Part shown: one piece after another, positions 10,955 through 21,412 of the stretch
Layout of the letters: every line of letters starts with the position of its first letter
How positions within the stretch are numbered: the first letter of the stretch is position 1
Assembly: GCA_963717465.1 (NCBI GenBank)
Contig: OY970340.1
Location: 416,001-480,000 of the forward strand
Length of the DNA stretch: 64,000 bases
Source: Candidatus Bathyarchaeota archaeon
GTDB lineage: Archaea; Thermoproteota; Bathyarchaeia; Bathyarchaeales; Bathycorpusculaceae
Reading direction: 5' to 3'
Notes under the pieces: model-generated
The model's input: only the letters and a program-made list of their open reading frames with translations
Database searches by the model: none
Told to the model about the DNA's origin: nothing
Made by a program: the position numbers and the translations under genes

Positions 10955-12178
10955 TCAGGTTTGCTTGTTTTTTTCATTTTTTTTGCTTTTTGTTTTTTTC
11001 AGAGCATTGTACATTCTTGTTTGCAGTCCCCACAGTTCAATGAAACCGTGAGAATACGATTGGTTAAACGTAGTTTTGATGTTGTAATTAGCTAGGTTTT
11101 TATCGTAAAGCGACATTGGGGATGATCGCCCGATTACTTGAAGCCCACCCTTGTAGAGTTTCAGTTTTACTTCTCCATTGACGTTTTCTTGTGACTTGTT
11201 AATGAATGCATCCAAGTCATCCTTCAATGGATCCACCCACAGACCAGCGTAGGCTAGGAATACCCATTGAGCATCAATTTGTTGCTTAAACAAGACTTCA
11301 TGGCGAGTCATCACCATTTTCTCCAAGTCTTTGTGAGCCTCTAAAATTACTGTTGCAGCTGGACACTCGTAGATTTCTCGGGATTTTATCCCTACCAAAC
11401 GATCTTCAATATGGTCAATTCTGCCGACCCCGTTTCTTCCAGCAATTTTATTTACTTCTTGAATGAGTTTTAGCGGCTTCATTTTTTCATCGTTAACGGC
11501 GATGGGCACTCCAGCTTCAAACTTTAATGTAACTACTTCTGGCTTACTAGGAGCCTTTTCAGGAGAAACCGTCCATTCATAGGCATCATCAGGCGGCTCT
11601 TGACTTGCATCCTCCAGTAAGCCGCATTCGATTGCTCTTCCCCAAACGCTTGCATCTATACTGTATTTTTTTGCCGCAGTTGAAACGGGGATATCTTTTG
11701 TTTTCGCGTAGGCAATTTCTTCTTCACGCGTCATGCCCCATTCGCGGACAGGAGCAAGCACTTTCATGTCTGGCGCAAGTGAACCTAAGGTTACGTCAAA
11801 GCGCACTTGATCATTGCCTCGTCCAGTGCAACCATGAGCTAAGCCTGTTGCACCTTCCTTCACGGCGACGTCAACCATTTTCTTAGCGATTAATGGCCGG
11901 GAGAGACTTGTGCTGATGGGGTATTTGCCCTCGTAAAGTGCGTTGGCTTTAACGGCTGGAAAAATATAGTCTTGGGCAAACTCGTCTTTAGCATCGATTG
12001 AGAAATGTTTTAGAACGCCCAGCTTCTGAGCTTTTTTTCCAATTTCTGCTAAGTCTTCTTGCTGCCCAACATCAACTGTTACGGTTATAACTTGTGCATT
12101 GTACTTTTCTTGAATGTACTTGATTAGAACGGAGGTGTCTAATCCGCCGGAATATGCTAACACGATTTTTTCTGTTAT
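10955..12178 (-). CDS. argG: Argininosuccinate synthase
   Basis: LAYSGGLDTS, AHGCTGRGNDQVRF, GIKSREIYE; frame extends to ATA-ACA-GAA-AAA-ATC-GTG at 12178. Confidence 0.97.
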   Translation of the reverse strand: MTEKIVLAYSGGLDTSVLIKYIQEKYNAQVITVTVDVGQQEDLAEIGKKAQKLGVLKHFSIDAKDEFAQDYIFPAVKANALYEGKYPISTSLSRPLIAKKMVDVAVKEGATGLAHGCTGRGNDQVRFDVTLGSLAPDMKVLAPVREWGMTREEEIAYAKTKDIPVSTAAKKYSIDASVWGRAIECGLLEDASQEPPDDAYEWTVSPEKAPSKPEVVTLKFEAGVPIAVNDEKMKPLKLIQEVNKIAGRNGVGRIDHIEDRLVGIKSREIYECPAATVILEAHKDLEKMVMTRHEVLFKQQIDAQWVFLAYAGLWVDPLKDDLDAFINKSQENVNGEVKLKLYKGGLQVIGRSSPMSLYDKNLANYNIKTTFNQSYSHGFIELWGLQTRMYNALKKTKSKKNEKNKQT

Positions 12179-12235
12179 TTTGTTTGCTCCCCCATTTTTT
12201 GTTTCGAATTATTCCCCTTACCTTGCGGGCTGTAT

Positions 12236-12293
12236 TTTTAAACTTTGTGACTTTTTTGTTACTTAAGAAAATTTAAATGTCCCATTTGATACA
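12236..12293. promoter_or_regulatory. Divergent argG/ACT-regulator promoter with putative operator palindromes (GTGAC-N6-GTTAC; TGTCCCATTTGATACA)
   Basis: 42/58 ungapped identity with 24037-24094; TATA-like TTTAAAA (- strand) and TTTAAAT (+ strand). Confidence 0.7.
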
Positions 12294-12309
12294 TTTGAGT
12301 TAGTTTAGC

Positions 12310-12888
12310 ATGACAATCGCTCAAAACGTGAGAAATCACCTAAAAAACAAACCTTACCTGCTTGAAGCTTTAGAGAAAGGAATAGTTAACTTAAGCGAAT
12401 TATCAAGACAAATTCAAGAGGAATTAAAAACCAACAACACTAGTGCGGTTAAAGCCGCACTGAGACGCTTCTCCGAGGAACTGCAAAAACACAAACAAAA
12501 AAGAGAGGAAAAAGTACTTCACATCTTGAGATCAAGTGACATAATAGTTTATGATCGGAAAGCTGTTATGATAACGATGAAGGAAATCGAATTAAAGAAC
12601 GGCTTAAAAGTTGATTTACTCGGCAAACATGTTTACTTGATGGATAGAAACGATTTGCCAGAACGCGTAAACTCGCTTGTTAAACATGATAACTGCACGA
12701 TGATTGTTGTTCATTCCCCTGAGGAGCTGGAAGCAACCCCGGGAGTAGTTGCTTTCTTAACAACCTTACTAGCTGAGCAGAACGTGAACATAATTGAGTT
12801 TATTTCATGTTGGACAGAAACAATCATCGTTGTAGAAAAAAAAGACAGCCTAAAAGCTTATGAAGTTTTATCTAACACTGTGGATTAA
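12310..12888 (+). CDS. Putative amino-acid-sensing regulator (N-terminal HTH-like, C-terminal ACT domain)
   Basis: GIVNLSELSRQI...AVKAALRR N-domain; TPGVVAFLTTLLAEQNVNIIEFISCWTETII ACT domain; divergent from argG. Confidence 0.75.
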   Translation: MTIAQNVRNHLKNKPYLLEALEKGIVNLSELSRQIQEELKTNNTSAVKAALRRFSEELQKHKQKREEKVLHILRSSDIIVYDRKAVMITMKEIELKNGLKVDLLGKHVYLMDRNDLPERVNSLVKHDNCTMIVVHSPEELEATPGVVAFLTTLLAEQNVNIIEFISCWTETIIVVEKKDSLKAYEVLSNTVD

Positions 12889-12957
12889 AATGCACGAATA
12901 AACAGAAAAAAACACTTAAAGCAACATTGATAAAGCATGCTAAAATAAGAGAGGAAA

Positions 12958-13911
12958 ATGATGCCCTTAAAACAAGTCACACTTAAATCACCGGCTACGA
13001 GTGCTAACCTTGGTCCTGGCTTTGATGTTTTCGGGTTAGCCTTAGATCAGCCAAGCGATAAAGTAATATTAACATCTATTTCAAGAGAAATAAGAATACA
13101 AATAAACGGGCTTTCAGCAAACACAATTTCGCCTGTTCCAGAAAAAAATACTGCAGGAATTGTTGCCAAAAAAATAATGACAGATTTCTCAATAGGAACG
13201 GGTTTACTGATAAAAATTGAAAAAGGCATCATACCAGGAAAAGGCCTTGGAAGTAGCGCCGCGTCAGCTGCAGCGGTGGCTTACGGTTTAAACCGAATGT
13301 TCAACCTCGGCTTAGATAATGTTAAACTAATTGAGTACGCTGCAAAAGGAGAAGTTGCCTCAGCAGGTTCAGAACATGCAGATAATGTTTCAGCAACAAT
13401 ATGCGGAGACTTTGTAATAATCAAGTCGTACAATCCGCTACAAATAGTAAACTATGAATGCCCCAAAAACATGGAAATAAGCATAGCACTTCCAAAAATG
13501 GTTACACCTCCAAAAAAGACTGAAAAAGCCCGTTCAGTAATCCCAAAAATGATACCATTAGAAAAACTGGTCTATAACGTGGGAAAAGCTGCAGCTATGG
13601 CAAGCGGTTTCGCGGCAGGAAACGTTGATTTAATAGGGGAATCAATGTGTGATGATGTTGTAGAACCTGCTAGAGCCCCGTTAATTCCAGGCTACGCTAT
13701 GGTTAAGGAAAATGCATTAAAGGCAGGAGCATGCGGAGTAGCAATAAGCGGGGCAGGACCAGGCATGCTTGCGGTGGTTAACAAGAAAAAAGCTGATGCA
13801 ACCAAAGTTGCTTTGGCGATGAAAGAAGGCTTCAAATCAGCCGGGTTAGATTCGATTGTTATTGCAACTAAGCCTGGAAAGGGTGTAAGTTTACTGGAGA
13901 TAAAACAATGA
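12958..13911 (+). CDS. thrB: Homoserine kinase
   Basis: PATSANLGPGFD, GLGSSAAS, HADNV, ISGAGP. Confidence 0.96.
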   Translation: MMPLKQVTLKSPATSANLGPGFDVFGLALDQPSDKVILTSISREIRIQINGLSANTISPVPEKNTAGIVAKKIMTDFSIGTGLLIKIEKGIIPGKGLGSSAASAAAVAYGLNRMFNLGLDNVKLIEYAAKGEVASAGSEHADNVSATICGDFVIIKSYNPLQIVNYECPKNMEISIALPKMVTPPKKTEKARSVIPKMIPLEKLVYNVGKAAAMASGFAAGNVDLIGESMCDDVVEPARAPLIPGYAMVKENALKAGACGVAISGAGPGMLAVVNKKKADATKVALAMKEGFKSAGLDSIVIATKPGKGVSLLEIKQ

Positions 13912-15164
13912 CTCATCAAGAATGTATAAAATGTGGGGCAAAATACGATATAGACGAGATTGTCTATTTTTGCAAGAAATGCAGAGATATTCTTGAAATA
14001 AAAATTGATTTCGATGAGTTATCAGAAACACTGAAAACAAGCGAATGGAAAAAAACGCCGATTTCAGTCTGGCGGTATAAAGATTTTATGCCTATTCATG
14101 AAGCCGCAAGGGTTGTCACATTAAATGAGGGGGGAACCGGTCTTCACCGTTCCAATCGGTTAGGCGACGAGTTAGGATTAAAAAATCTTTACGTCAAAAA
14201 CGAAGGAGAAAATCCCACAGGATCTTTCAAAGACAGAGGCATGACTGTCGGCGTAACGAAAGCCACAGAACTCGGCGCAATACATGTCATATGCGCTTCA
14301 ACGGGCAATACTTCAGCAAGTTTAGCAGCTTACGCTGCAAGAGCAGGCTTAAAATGCACAGTGCTAATCCCCTCGGGTAAAATTGCTTACGGAAAACTTT
14401 CTCAAGCCATGATTCACGGCGCTAAAGTGTTGCAGGTTCGAGGCAACTTTGACCAAGCTTTAGAATTTGTACTTGAACTTGCCGAAAAACATAACAGTAT
14501 TTACCTTTTGAACTCGATTAATCCGTTCAGGATTGAAGGACAAAAATCTCTCGGGTATGAGATTTGTGAACAATTAAACAATGAAGCGCCTGATCGGGTT
14601 ATTGTACCTGTTGGTAATGCTGGAAACATAAGCGCTATTTGGAAGGGCTTCACTGAATTTCATAAGTTAGGTTTCATAAAGTCGCTTCCTAAAATGACAG
14701 GCATTCAAGCAGTTGGCTCAGCGCCTATAGTTCAAGCAATCAAAAATAACAGTGATGAAATTACGCCAGTGCCTAATCCTGAAACAGTCGCTACTGCTAT
14801 ACGCATCGGTGCGCCAGTAAGCTGGAGAAAAGCAGTAAACGCAATACGAGACTCCTTTGGAACAGCCGAAACAGTTACTGACGACGAAATCTTGGATGCC
14901 CAAAAACTGTTGGCACGTGTTGAAGGAATTTTTGTCGAGCCGGCAAGCGCATCGTCAATTGCAGGGTTAAAGAAGCTAGTCAGTATGGGAGTTATTGATA
15001 GAGACGAGCGTATAGTCTGTGTAACAACTGGTCACGGACTTAAAGATCCTGATACAGCAGTTAAGATGAGCGAGAAACCAGTTGAAGTTGACGCTGATAT
15101 AAGCGCTATCGAAAACGTTTTAGGATTAAAAGGGCAAACAACAACGCCTTTCTCGGTGAATTAG
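13908..15164 (+). CDS. thrC: Threonine synthase
   Basis: NPTGSFKDRG, ASTGNTSAS, PVGNAGN, TGHGLKDP; N-terminal Zn ribbon. Confidence 0.96.
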   Translation: MTHQECIKCGAKYDIDEIVYFCKKCRDILEIKIDFDELSETLKTSEWKKTPISVWRYKDFMPIHEAARVVTLNEGGTGLHRSNRLGDELGLKNLYVKNEGENPTGSFKDRGMTVGVTKATELGAIHVICASTGNTSASLAAYAARAGLKCTVLIPSGKIAYGKLSQAMIHGAKVLQVRGNFDQALEFVLELAEKHNSIYLLNSINPFRIEGQKSLGYEICEQLNNEAPDRVIVPVGNAGNISAIWKGFTEFHKLGFIKSLPKMTGIQAVGSAPIVQAIKNNSDEITPVPNPETVATAIRIGAPVSWRKAVNAIRDSFGTAETVTDDEILDAQKLLARVEGIFVEPASASSIAGLKKLVSMGVIDRDERIVCVTTGHGLKDPDTAVKMSEKPVEVDADISAIENVLGLKGQTTTPFSVN

Positions 15165-16190
15165 ATGAGGATAATCCTAATAGGTTACGGTATTGTAGGT
15201 CGAGGCTTAATAGATATTCTCCAGCGTCGCCAAGCTGAAAACTTGAAAAACTTTGGGTTAAATCCGAAAATTGTAGCCGTTGTTGATATAGATGGCGCAA
15301 TCACAAATCCTAGAGGATTAGATTTCGAAAGACTGCAACTGCTTAAGAAAGAACGCACAGTTTCAATTGACAAGGAATTTGGTCACCCCAAAATGTCTGC
15401 TTCTGAAGTCTTAGACTCGATCGAAGCTGAAGTTGTTGTTGAAGCGACTCCGACAAACATAAAGAATGCTGAACCTGCACTTTCGCATATAACTAAAGCT
15501 TTCAAAACAGGCAAACATGTTGTTACCACAAACAAGGGACCACTAGCTTTAGCTATGCCTGCATTAACCGAATTGGCAGATTACAATCGAGTGCACCTGC
15601 GTTTTAGCGGAACCGTTGGCGGTGGAACCCCTATGCTCGAATTTGCCAAAAGATGCCTTGCAGGAGACAGAATCATGGCTATTCGCGGCATCCTAAACGG
15701 CACAACCAACTATATCCTAACAGAAATGAGCCAAAAACACATGCCCTTCGAGCAAGCTCTTGCCAACGCACAGAAACTGGGTTACGCTGAAACCAATCCA
15801 TCCATGGATGTCGACGGTTTCGATGCAGCATGTAAAATCGTGATAATGTCTAATTGGATAATGAACAAGAAATGCACTCTAAAAGATGCCAGCATCAAAG
15901 GCATAAGAGACGTTGCTTTAAATTCTCTTAAAAACGCCGCTAAGAAAGGCAACACTATAAAACTTATCGCTTCAGTAGATGATGACAAACCTAAGGTTGC
16001 CCCAACAGAGGTCGCGTTAAATAATCCTCTATGTGTCAGCGGGGTGCTTAACGCTGTTACCTTCGTCTCTGAATTTGCAGGAGAAGAAACTATTGTCGGC
16101 CGAGGCGCCGGAGGCATGGAGACGGCGAGTGCAGTTTTAAGAGACCTCTTAGACATAAGACATAAGTTAGCAACTAAAATGTTAACATAA
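15165..16190 (+). CDS. hom: Homoserine dehydrogenase
   Basis: GYGIVG, HVVTTNKGP, GILNGTTNYIL, GRGAGGMETASAV. Confidence 0.95.
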   Translation: MRIILIGYGIVGRGLIDILQRRQAENLKNFGLNPKIVAVVDIDGAITNPRGLDFERLQLLKKERTVSIDKEFGHPKMSASEVLDSIEAEVVVEATPTNIKNAEPALSHITKAFKTGKHVVTTNKGPLALAMPALTELADYNRVHLRFSGTVGGGTPMLEFAKRCLAGDRIMAIRGILNGTTNYILTEMSQKHMPFEQALANAQKLGYAETNPSMDVDGFDAACKIVIMSNWIMNKKCTLKDASIKGIRDVALNSLKNAAKKGNTIKLIASVDDDKPKVAPTEVALNNPLCVSGVLNAVTFVSEFAGEETIVGRGAGGMETASAVLRDLLDIRHKLATKMLT

Positions 16191-16206
16191 ACAAGGGACT
16201 GGAAAA

Positions 16207-17613
16207 ATGAAGATAGTGATGAAGTTCGGTGGAACCAGTGTTGCCAAAGGCGAAAACATTCGTCATGTAGCGGACCTGGTTGTTAAGAATGCAAAAGGTA
16301 ACAAGGTCATCGTTGTTGTTTCAGCGTTGGCAACTGTTACGAATAAGCTTATTGACATGGCTGAGCAAGCCGCAAAGAGCGAAGAAAAACAAATCCAACA
16401 GTTCACAACGGAGCTACTTGAAAGACATTTGGACGAAATCGCTTCAGCCATAACCGATAAAAAAATTCAAAAAGAAACCGAGCAAATCACAAGAAAATCA
16501 ATTACAGAACTTGAAAAAGTTCTAACGGGCATATGCTATGTTCGGGAGTTAACACCTAAATCCAAAGATTACGTGCTATCCTTTGGAGAGAGGCTTTCTG
16601 CACCAATAGTCAACGGTGCAATTAAAGACCACAATTTGGAAGCCCAATGGTTCACCGGAAAAGATGCAGGAATCGTGACAGACTCAAATTTTGGCGATGC
16701 CAGCCCGCTGATGAATTTTACCACACATCTTCTACGGGAAAAACTTGAACCGCTATTGGAGAAAGGCGTTATCCCAGTTATAAGCGGATACATCGCTGCC
16801 AACCAAGATGGCGTAGTAACAACGCTTGGACGCGGCGGCTCTGATTATACGGCTACTATACTGGGCGCTGCGTTAGAGGCGGATGAAGTTTGGATTTGGA
16901 CTGATGTTGACGGTATATTGACTACTGATCCAAAGATTGTTCCGAAAGCAAAAATGCTCAGCCAACTTAGCTATCAGGAAGCAGCTGAAATGGCGATTTT
17001 CGGCGCCAAAGCCATGCATCCCCGTGCACTTGAACCTGCAATTAGAGAAACCATTCCGGTCAGAATAAGAAGCGTTTTCAACCCTGCAAACTCTGGAACC
17101 CTCATCACGAAACATCCGAAGGCGAAAGCTTCAGAAGTCGTCAAAGCCGTTGCCATGATTAGAAACGTGGCAATGCTTAATGTTAACGGTGCTGGCATGG
17201 TTGGCGCACCAGGCAGCTACGCCAAAGTTTTTGAAGTACTGGGCAAGAACGGCATAAACGTAATGATGATTTCCACCGCAGTTTCCGAAGCCAACATGAG
17301 CCTGATAATACGACGAAACCTGCTGGCAAGGGCAGTAAGTACAATTGAAATAGCGTTAATGGATGGCAAAAGCGTCGTCAACGAAGTAACATCAGAGGAC
17401 GACGTCTGCGTCATCGCAGTGATGGGAGCAAACATGAAAGGCACGCTCGGCGTGGCCTCAAAAATATTTGAAACCGTAGCAAAAGCAGGCATAAACATAC
17501 GCATGATTGCACAAGGCTCATCTGAACTGAACGTTTCATTTGTAGTCGCAGAAAAAGACGGAGAAGCAGTAGTGAAAGCCATTCATGATGAATTCAAACT
17601 TGACAAACTATGA
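16207..17613 (+). CDS. lysC: Aspartate kinase (2 ACT domains)
   Basis: MKFGGTSV, TTLGRGGSDY, WTDVDG, QGSSE. Confidence 0.95.
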   Translation: MKIVMKFGGTSVAKGENIRHVADLVVKNAKGNKVIVVVSALATVTNKLIDMAEQAAKSEEKQIQQFTTELLERHLDEIASAITDKKIQKETEQITRKSITELEKVLTGICYVRELTPKSKDYVLSFGERLSAPIVNGAIKDHNLEAQWFTGKDAGIVTDSNFGDASPLMNFTTHLLREKLEPLLEKGVIPVISGYIAANQDGVVTTLGRGGSDYTATILGAALEADEVWIWTDVDGILTTDPKIVPKAKMLSQLSYQEAAEMAIFGAKAMHPRALEPAIRETIPVRIRSVFNPANSGTLITKHPKAKASEVVKAVAMIRNVAMLNVNGAGMVGAPGSYAKVFEVLGKNGINVMMISTAVSEANMSLIIRRNLLARAVSTIEIALMDGKSVVNEVTSEDDVCVIAVMGANMKGTLGVASKIFETVAKAGINIRMIAQGSSELNVSFVVAEKDGEAVVKAIHDEFKLDKL

Positions 17614-17631
17614 TTCTTCTAACTTGTGAAT

Positions 17632-18252
17632 TTATTTTCTGGCTAGAATCGCGTTCCATGGCGTGTTATCTTTAGTGAAAATTTGAACATCCGCAAAACC
17701 GACAGATTGCATGATATCGCTTATTTCTTGCAACGGAAAAAGATGCACCTGCGTTTGCTGGATCAGTTTTGCATTTTTAATCTCATACACACCGTCCTTT
17801 ACCATTTCGTTCACCATAAGCAGTTTTCCATCTGGTTTTAATACTCGTTTTATTTCTTGCAGAGCCTCAGAAAAATTAGGCCAAAAATAATATGTCTCAA
17901 TAGCTGTTACCAGATCAAAGAGATTATCTGAAAAACCCATTTTCCCAACTGACTCTTCAATTATCTCCACACGATTTTGGGCAATCAATTTCTTGTTAAC
18001 TTTTTTGGAGTACTCAACCATATCAGCGGAATAGTCGATGCCAAAAACTTTTCCCGTAGCCACTCGTTGAGCTAACCGGCTAACAGTTGCGCCGCCACCA
18101 CAACCCACATCCAAAATTAGATAATCCGACTCGATTTGCGCATGCGATAAACCCCACAATGTTAAGGGAGCATGTCCGCGATTCATCATTGCAGCAACGA
18201 GTCTGCCTCGAAGGCCTTTTGGGTGTTTAAATTGATTCATTATTCCAAACAT
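17632..18252 (-). CDS. Class I SAM-dependent methyltransferase
   Basis: ILDVGCGGG, GIDYS, FDLVTAIETYYFWP. Confidence 0.85.
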   Translation of the reverse strand: MFGIMNQFKHPKGLRGRLVAAMMNRGHAPLTLWGLSHAQIESDYLILDVGCGGGATVSRLAQRVATGKVFGIDYSADMVEYSKKVNKKLIAQNRVEIIEESVGKMGFSDNLFDLVTAIETYYFWPNFSEALQEIKRVLKPDGKLLMVNEMVKDGVYEIKNAKLIQQTQVHLFPLQEISDIMQSVGFADVQIFTKDNTPWNAILARK

Positions 18253-18278
18253 CGATTGTCCCCAAAACGGGAAAAATT

Positions 18279-19424
18279 CTATGACGTTTGCTTTCCGTTG
18301 CCATTGTTCTTGTGTAGCTCAGACAGTTTCAGGATTGTTTCTTTGTAAACTTGGATGCTGTCTAAGTATTCACTTATGTCAATGTGCTCATCAGTTGTAT
18401 GGTCTAAGTGTGATTCGCCGGGTCCATAAGTGACTATTGGCAGGTTCATAGCTTTGCCTAAAATGTTCATGTCGCCGGTTCCTGTCTTTCGCAGAAGCGT
18501 TGCAGGTTTGTTAAGGACTTTTCTAACTGAAGCGGAAAGTGCATGCACAAGCGGCGAAGCTTTGTTTACTTCGAACGGTTCGACTGTGTCCTCGATGGAA
18601 GCTTTTACGTAGATTTTTGGGTTAGCTATCCTGAACCATGAAAATATTTTTTGGAGATCCTCAAAGACTTGGCTGGCAGTATATTGCGGAGGAACCCTAA
18701 CGTCAATGAACATTTCGCTTTCATAAGGAATTACCGAGTTACCTCTGCCGCCAGAGAGTTTAGTTAGGCAGACTGTTACAACGTTAAAGGGGCTTTCTTG
18801 ATTCTCCTGTTTATCAGTCGGCGAGTAAATGTACGCACTTTTTATTTGACCCCAAAGCTCGTTTGCTTTTTCAAGAGCATTATCGTAAAGCCACGGCGTG
18901 GAAGAGTGCCCAGTTTGCAGTTTCAGCACTACTTTAAGCTGTATTTGACCCTTATAGCCGATTGTTATATTTTCAACTCCACTGGGCTCGCCGAAAATTG
19001 CGTAATCAGCCTTTATACCCTCTGATATCAAGTGTCTAATTCCGCTACTAGTAGCCTCTTCCTCCACGACGCTGGCAACTAATACGCTGCCACTAAACGA
19101 CGGGTCCTTAGCGGCATATGCAGCGCCTAAAACAAGTGCGGCAAGCGGGCCTTTAGCGTCAACAGCTCCGCGAGCGAATATTTTTCCTTCTTCAATTCGA
19201 AGGGGGATATGCCCTGAAACAGTGTCCATGTGACCGCACAGCATAATTGTGGGTTCACCTTTGCCTAAGAAGCCTACCACGTTGCCGATTCTGTCTTTTC
19301 CAACGTCAAACCCTAGCTTAACCATTTCTTCAGCTAGGAAATTGGCTATCTCCTCCTCTTTGCCAGAAGGACTGTAAATGCCCAACAGGTTAGTTAGAAA
19401 CCGTACTGCTGCTTGCTCGCTCAC
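18279..19424 (-). CDS. lysK: [LysW]-lysine/[LysW]-ornithine hydrolase (M20 peptidase)
   Basis: GHMDTV, RGAVDAKGP, VEEE, GEPS, YGPG..HT; operon context. Confidence 0.9.
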   Translation of the reverse strand: MSEQAAVRFLTNLLGIYSPSGKEEEIANFLAEEMVKLGFDVGKDRIGNVVGFLGKGEPTIMLCGHMDTVSGHIPLRIEEGKIFARGAVDAKGPLAALVLGAAYAAKDPSFSGSVLVASVVEEEATSSGIRHLISEGIKADYAIFGEPSGVENITIGYKGQIQLKVVLKLQTGHSSTPWLYDNALEKANELWGQIKSAYIYSPTDKQENQESPFNVVTVCLTKLSGGRGNSVIPYESEMFIDVRVPPQYTASQVFEDLQKIFSWFRIANPKIYVKASIEDTVEPFEVNKASPLVHALSASVRKVLNKPATLLRKTGTGDMNILGKAMNLPIVTYGPGESHLDHTTDEHIDISEYLDSIQVYKETILKLSELHKNNGNGKQTS

Positions 19425-20605
19425 GTTCTTCCTCTCCTAAAACTTCGTCAAGAACTGAAAGGGCCTTATCAATTTGCGCTTTATCAATTACTAATGGAGG
19501 CAACAGGCGCACGACAGTTTTGCCTGCGTCAAGTACAAGAACACCTTTTTCTAATGCTTTAAGGATCACGCTTAAGAACATCATACCGAAGTTCAACGCC
19601 AAGCATTAAGCCTAAACCGCGAACTTCCTTGATAATCTTATGGTTAGCCTGAAGTTCTTCCAGTTTGCTCTTGAAGTATTTGCCGTTGACTGCTGCCCTC
19701 TCAGCAAGCTTCTCCTCAACTAGCACATCTATAGCTGCGCATCCTGCTGCACAAACCAGTGGGCTACCACTAAAAGTGGTTGAGTGCTCACCAACTTTAA
19801 GCGAAGACATAATGTTCTCTTTAGCTACAGTTATGCCGATTGGTAAGCCGCCAGCAAACGGCTTAGCTAAACACATTACATCCGGCGTGACGCCCCAGTT
19901 TTCGCACCCGAAAAGTTTGCCCGTACGCCCAAAACTTGTTTGCACTTCATCAAACATTAACAAGACGCCCTTTTGACTACAGATTTCGCGGACTTCCCGC
20001 AGGTAGCCGTCTGGTGGAACCCGCACGCCGCCTTCACCGCGAATCGGCTCCATGAGAACCGCAGCTGTTTTATCAGTTATTGCTTCGCTTATTTTTTGAG
20101 CATTGTCAGGGGGCACATGCTTAATTTCTGGAACCAAGGGCTGGAAGGGCTCGCGGTACTTTTTGTCCCATGTTGCGGATAGGGCGCCCATTGTTTTTCC
20201 GTGAAAGGCTCCCATTAACGCGATTATTTCTGGTTTTCCAGTGAACTTGCGTGCCAGTTTAATGGCGCATTCGATGGATTCCGCGCCGCTGTTTGACAAG
20301 AACGCTTTATCCAAACCCTTTGGAGTTATGCTTACGAGTTTTTGTAGGAATTCAGATCGTTTATCGTTGTAGTAGCCGCTGTGGCATGAAATCAATTTTT
20401 CAGCTTGATTGGAAATTGCGCTTACAATTTTTGGGTGACAATGACCAAGCAACGCAACGCCATAACTGCTCGAGCAATCCACATATTCTTTGCCGTTTAT
20501 GTCCCAAACAATGGCTCCTTTACCTTTCGTTAATACTACGGGTCTTTTGGCGAAGACATTTGCCATAAAACGGTTTTCAGTTTCAATAACAGTTTTTTCA
20601 TCCAC
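19390..20605 (-). CDS. lysJ: [LysW]-aminoadipate/glutamate semialdehyde aminotransferase (frameshift near 19573)
   Basis: NSGAES, FHGKT, DEVQT, LAK PLP lysine, RLLPPL in the second ORF. Confidence 0.9.
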
Positions 20606-21407
20606 TTGTTATCACGGTACCTGCCTTTCGATTTATAACATTACTTATCGGGTTTTCTCCCTCACCTGAAGTAACTAAAACTTCACTGACGCCTTGATTG
20701 AGAGCTTCCAATGCCGCATGCACCTTAGTGCTCATCCCTTGCCCAACACTGGATAAGACTTCCTTAACCTCAGTTGCAGTTATTTTCGGTACAACTTCAC
20801 CTTTAAGCTTCAAGCCTTGAACATCTGTCAAAAGGATTAAGCAGTCAGCTTTTAAGGCACCTGCAATTATGGCGGCTGTTCGGTCACCATCAACGTTTAA
20901 CGGCTCAAAGTCTTGGCTAATCGAAATAGGCGTAACTATTGGCACGTAGCCATGTTCAAGCAGCAGATGCAGCAGTTCAGTGTTAACTTTGGTTATTTTT
21001 CCCGTGTAGCCGCCATCGATTACTTTTTTTCTGCCACGCTCATCAACCGCGATTAGTTTTGTTTTGCGTTCAGCCGAAAGAAAGCCGGCATCTAAACCTG
21101 TTATGCCTACAGCGTTTACGCCTTGGCTTTGTAATGCTAGAACTATTTGCTTGTTAATCTTGCCAGCCATAACCATAGTGTAAATTTCTATTGTTTCCTT
21201 GTCAGTGTAGCGGCTCCGGAAGCCTTCAGGGGAAATTATGAATTTTTGTTCTTTGCCCAGCTTAGAAGCGATGTCGGTGACTTCTGCTCCTCCACCGTGA
21301 ACCAACACGATTTTGTGCTCTTTTGCGACTTCCTTTACGTCCGCAACGAGGGATTGCGCTGCGCCTTCTTTGAGAATGCTTCCGCCCATTTTTATTACAA
21401 GCAGCAT
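20598..21407 (-). CDS. lysZ: [LysW]-aminoadipate/glutamate kinase
   Basis: VIKMGG, VHGGG, SPEGFRSRYT, NVDGDR. Confidence 0.93.
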   Translation of the reverse strand: MLLVIKMGGSILKEGAAQSLVADVKEVAKEHKIVLVHGGGAEVTDIASKLGKEQKFIISPEGFRSRYTDKETIEIYTMVMAGKINKQIVLALQSQGVNAVGITGLDAGFLSAERKTKLIAVDERGRKKVIDGGYTGKITKVNTELLHLLLEHGYVPIVTPISISQDFEPLNVDGDRTAAIIAGALKADCLILLTDVQGLKLKGEVVPKITATEVKEVLSSVGQGMSTKVHAALEALNQGVSEVLVTSGEGENPISNVINRKAGTVITSG

Positions 21408-21412
21408 AATTA

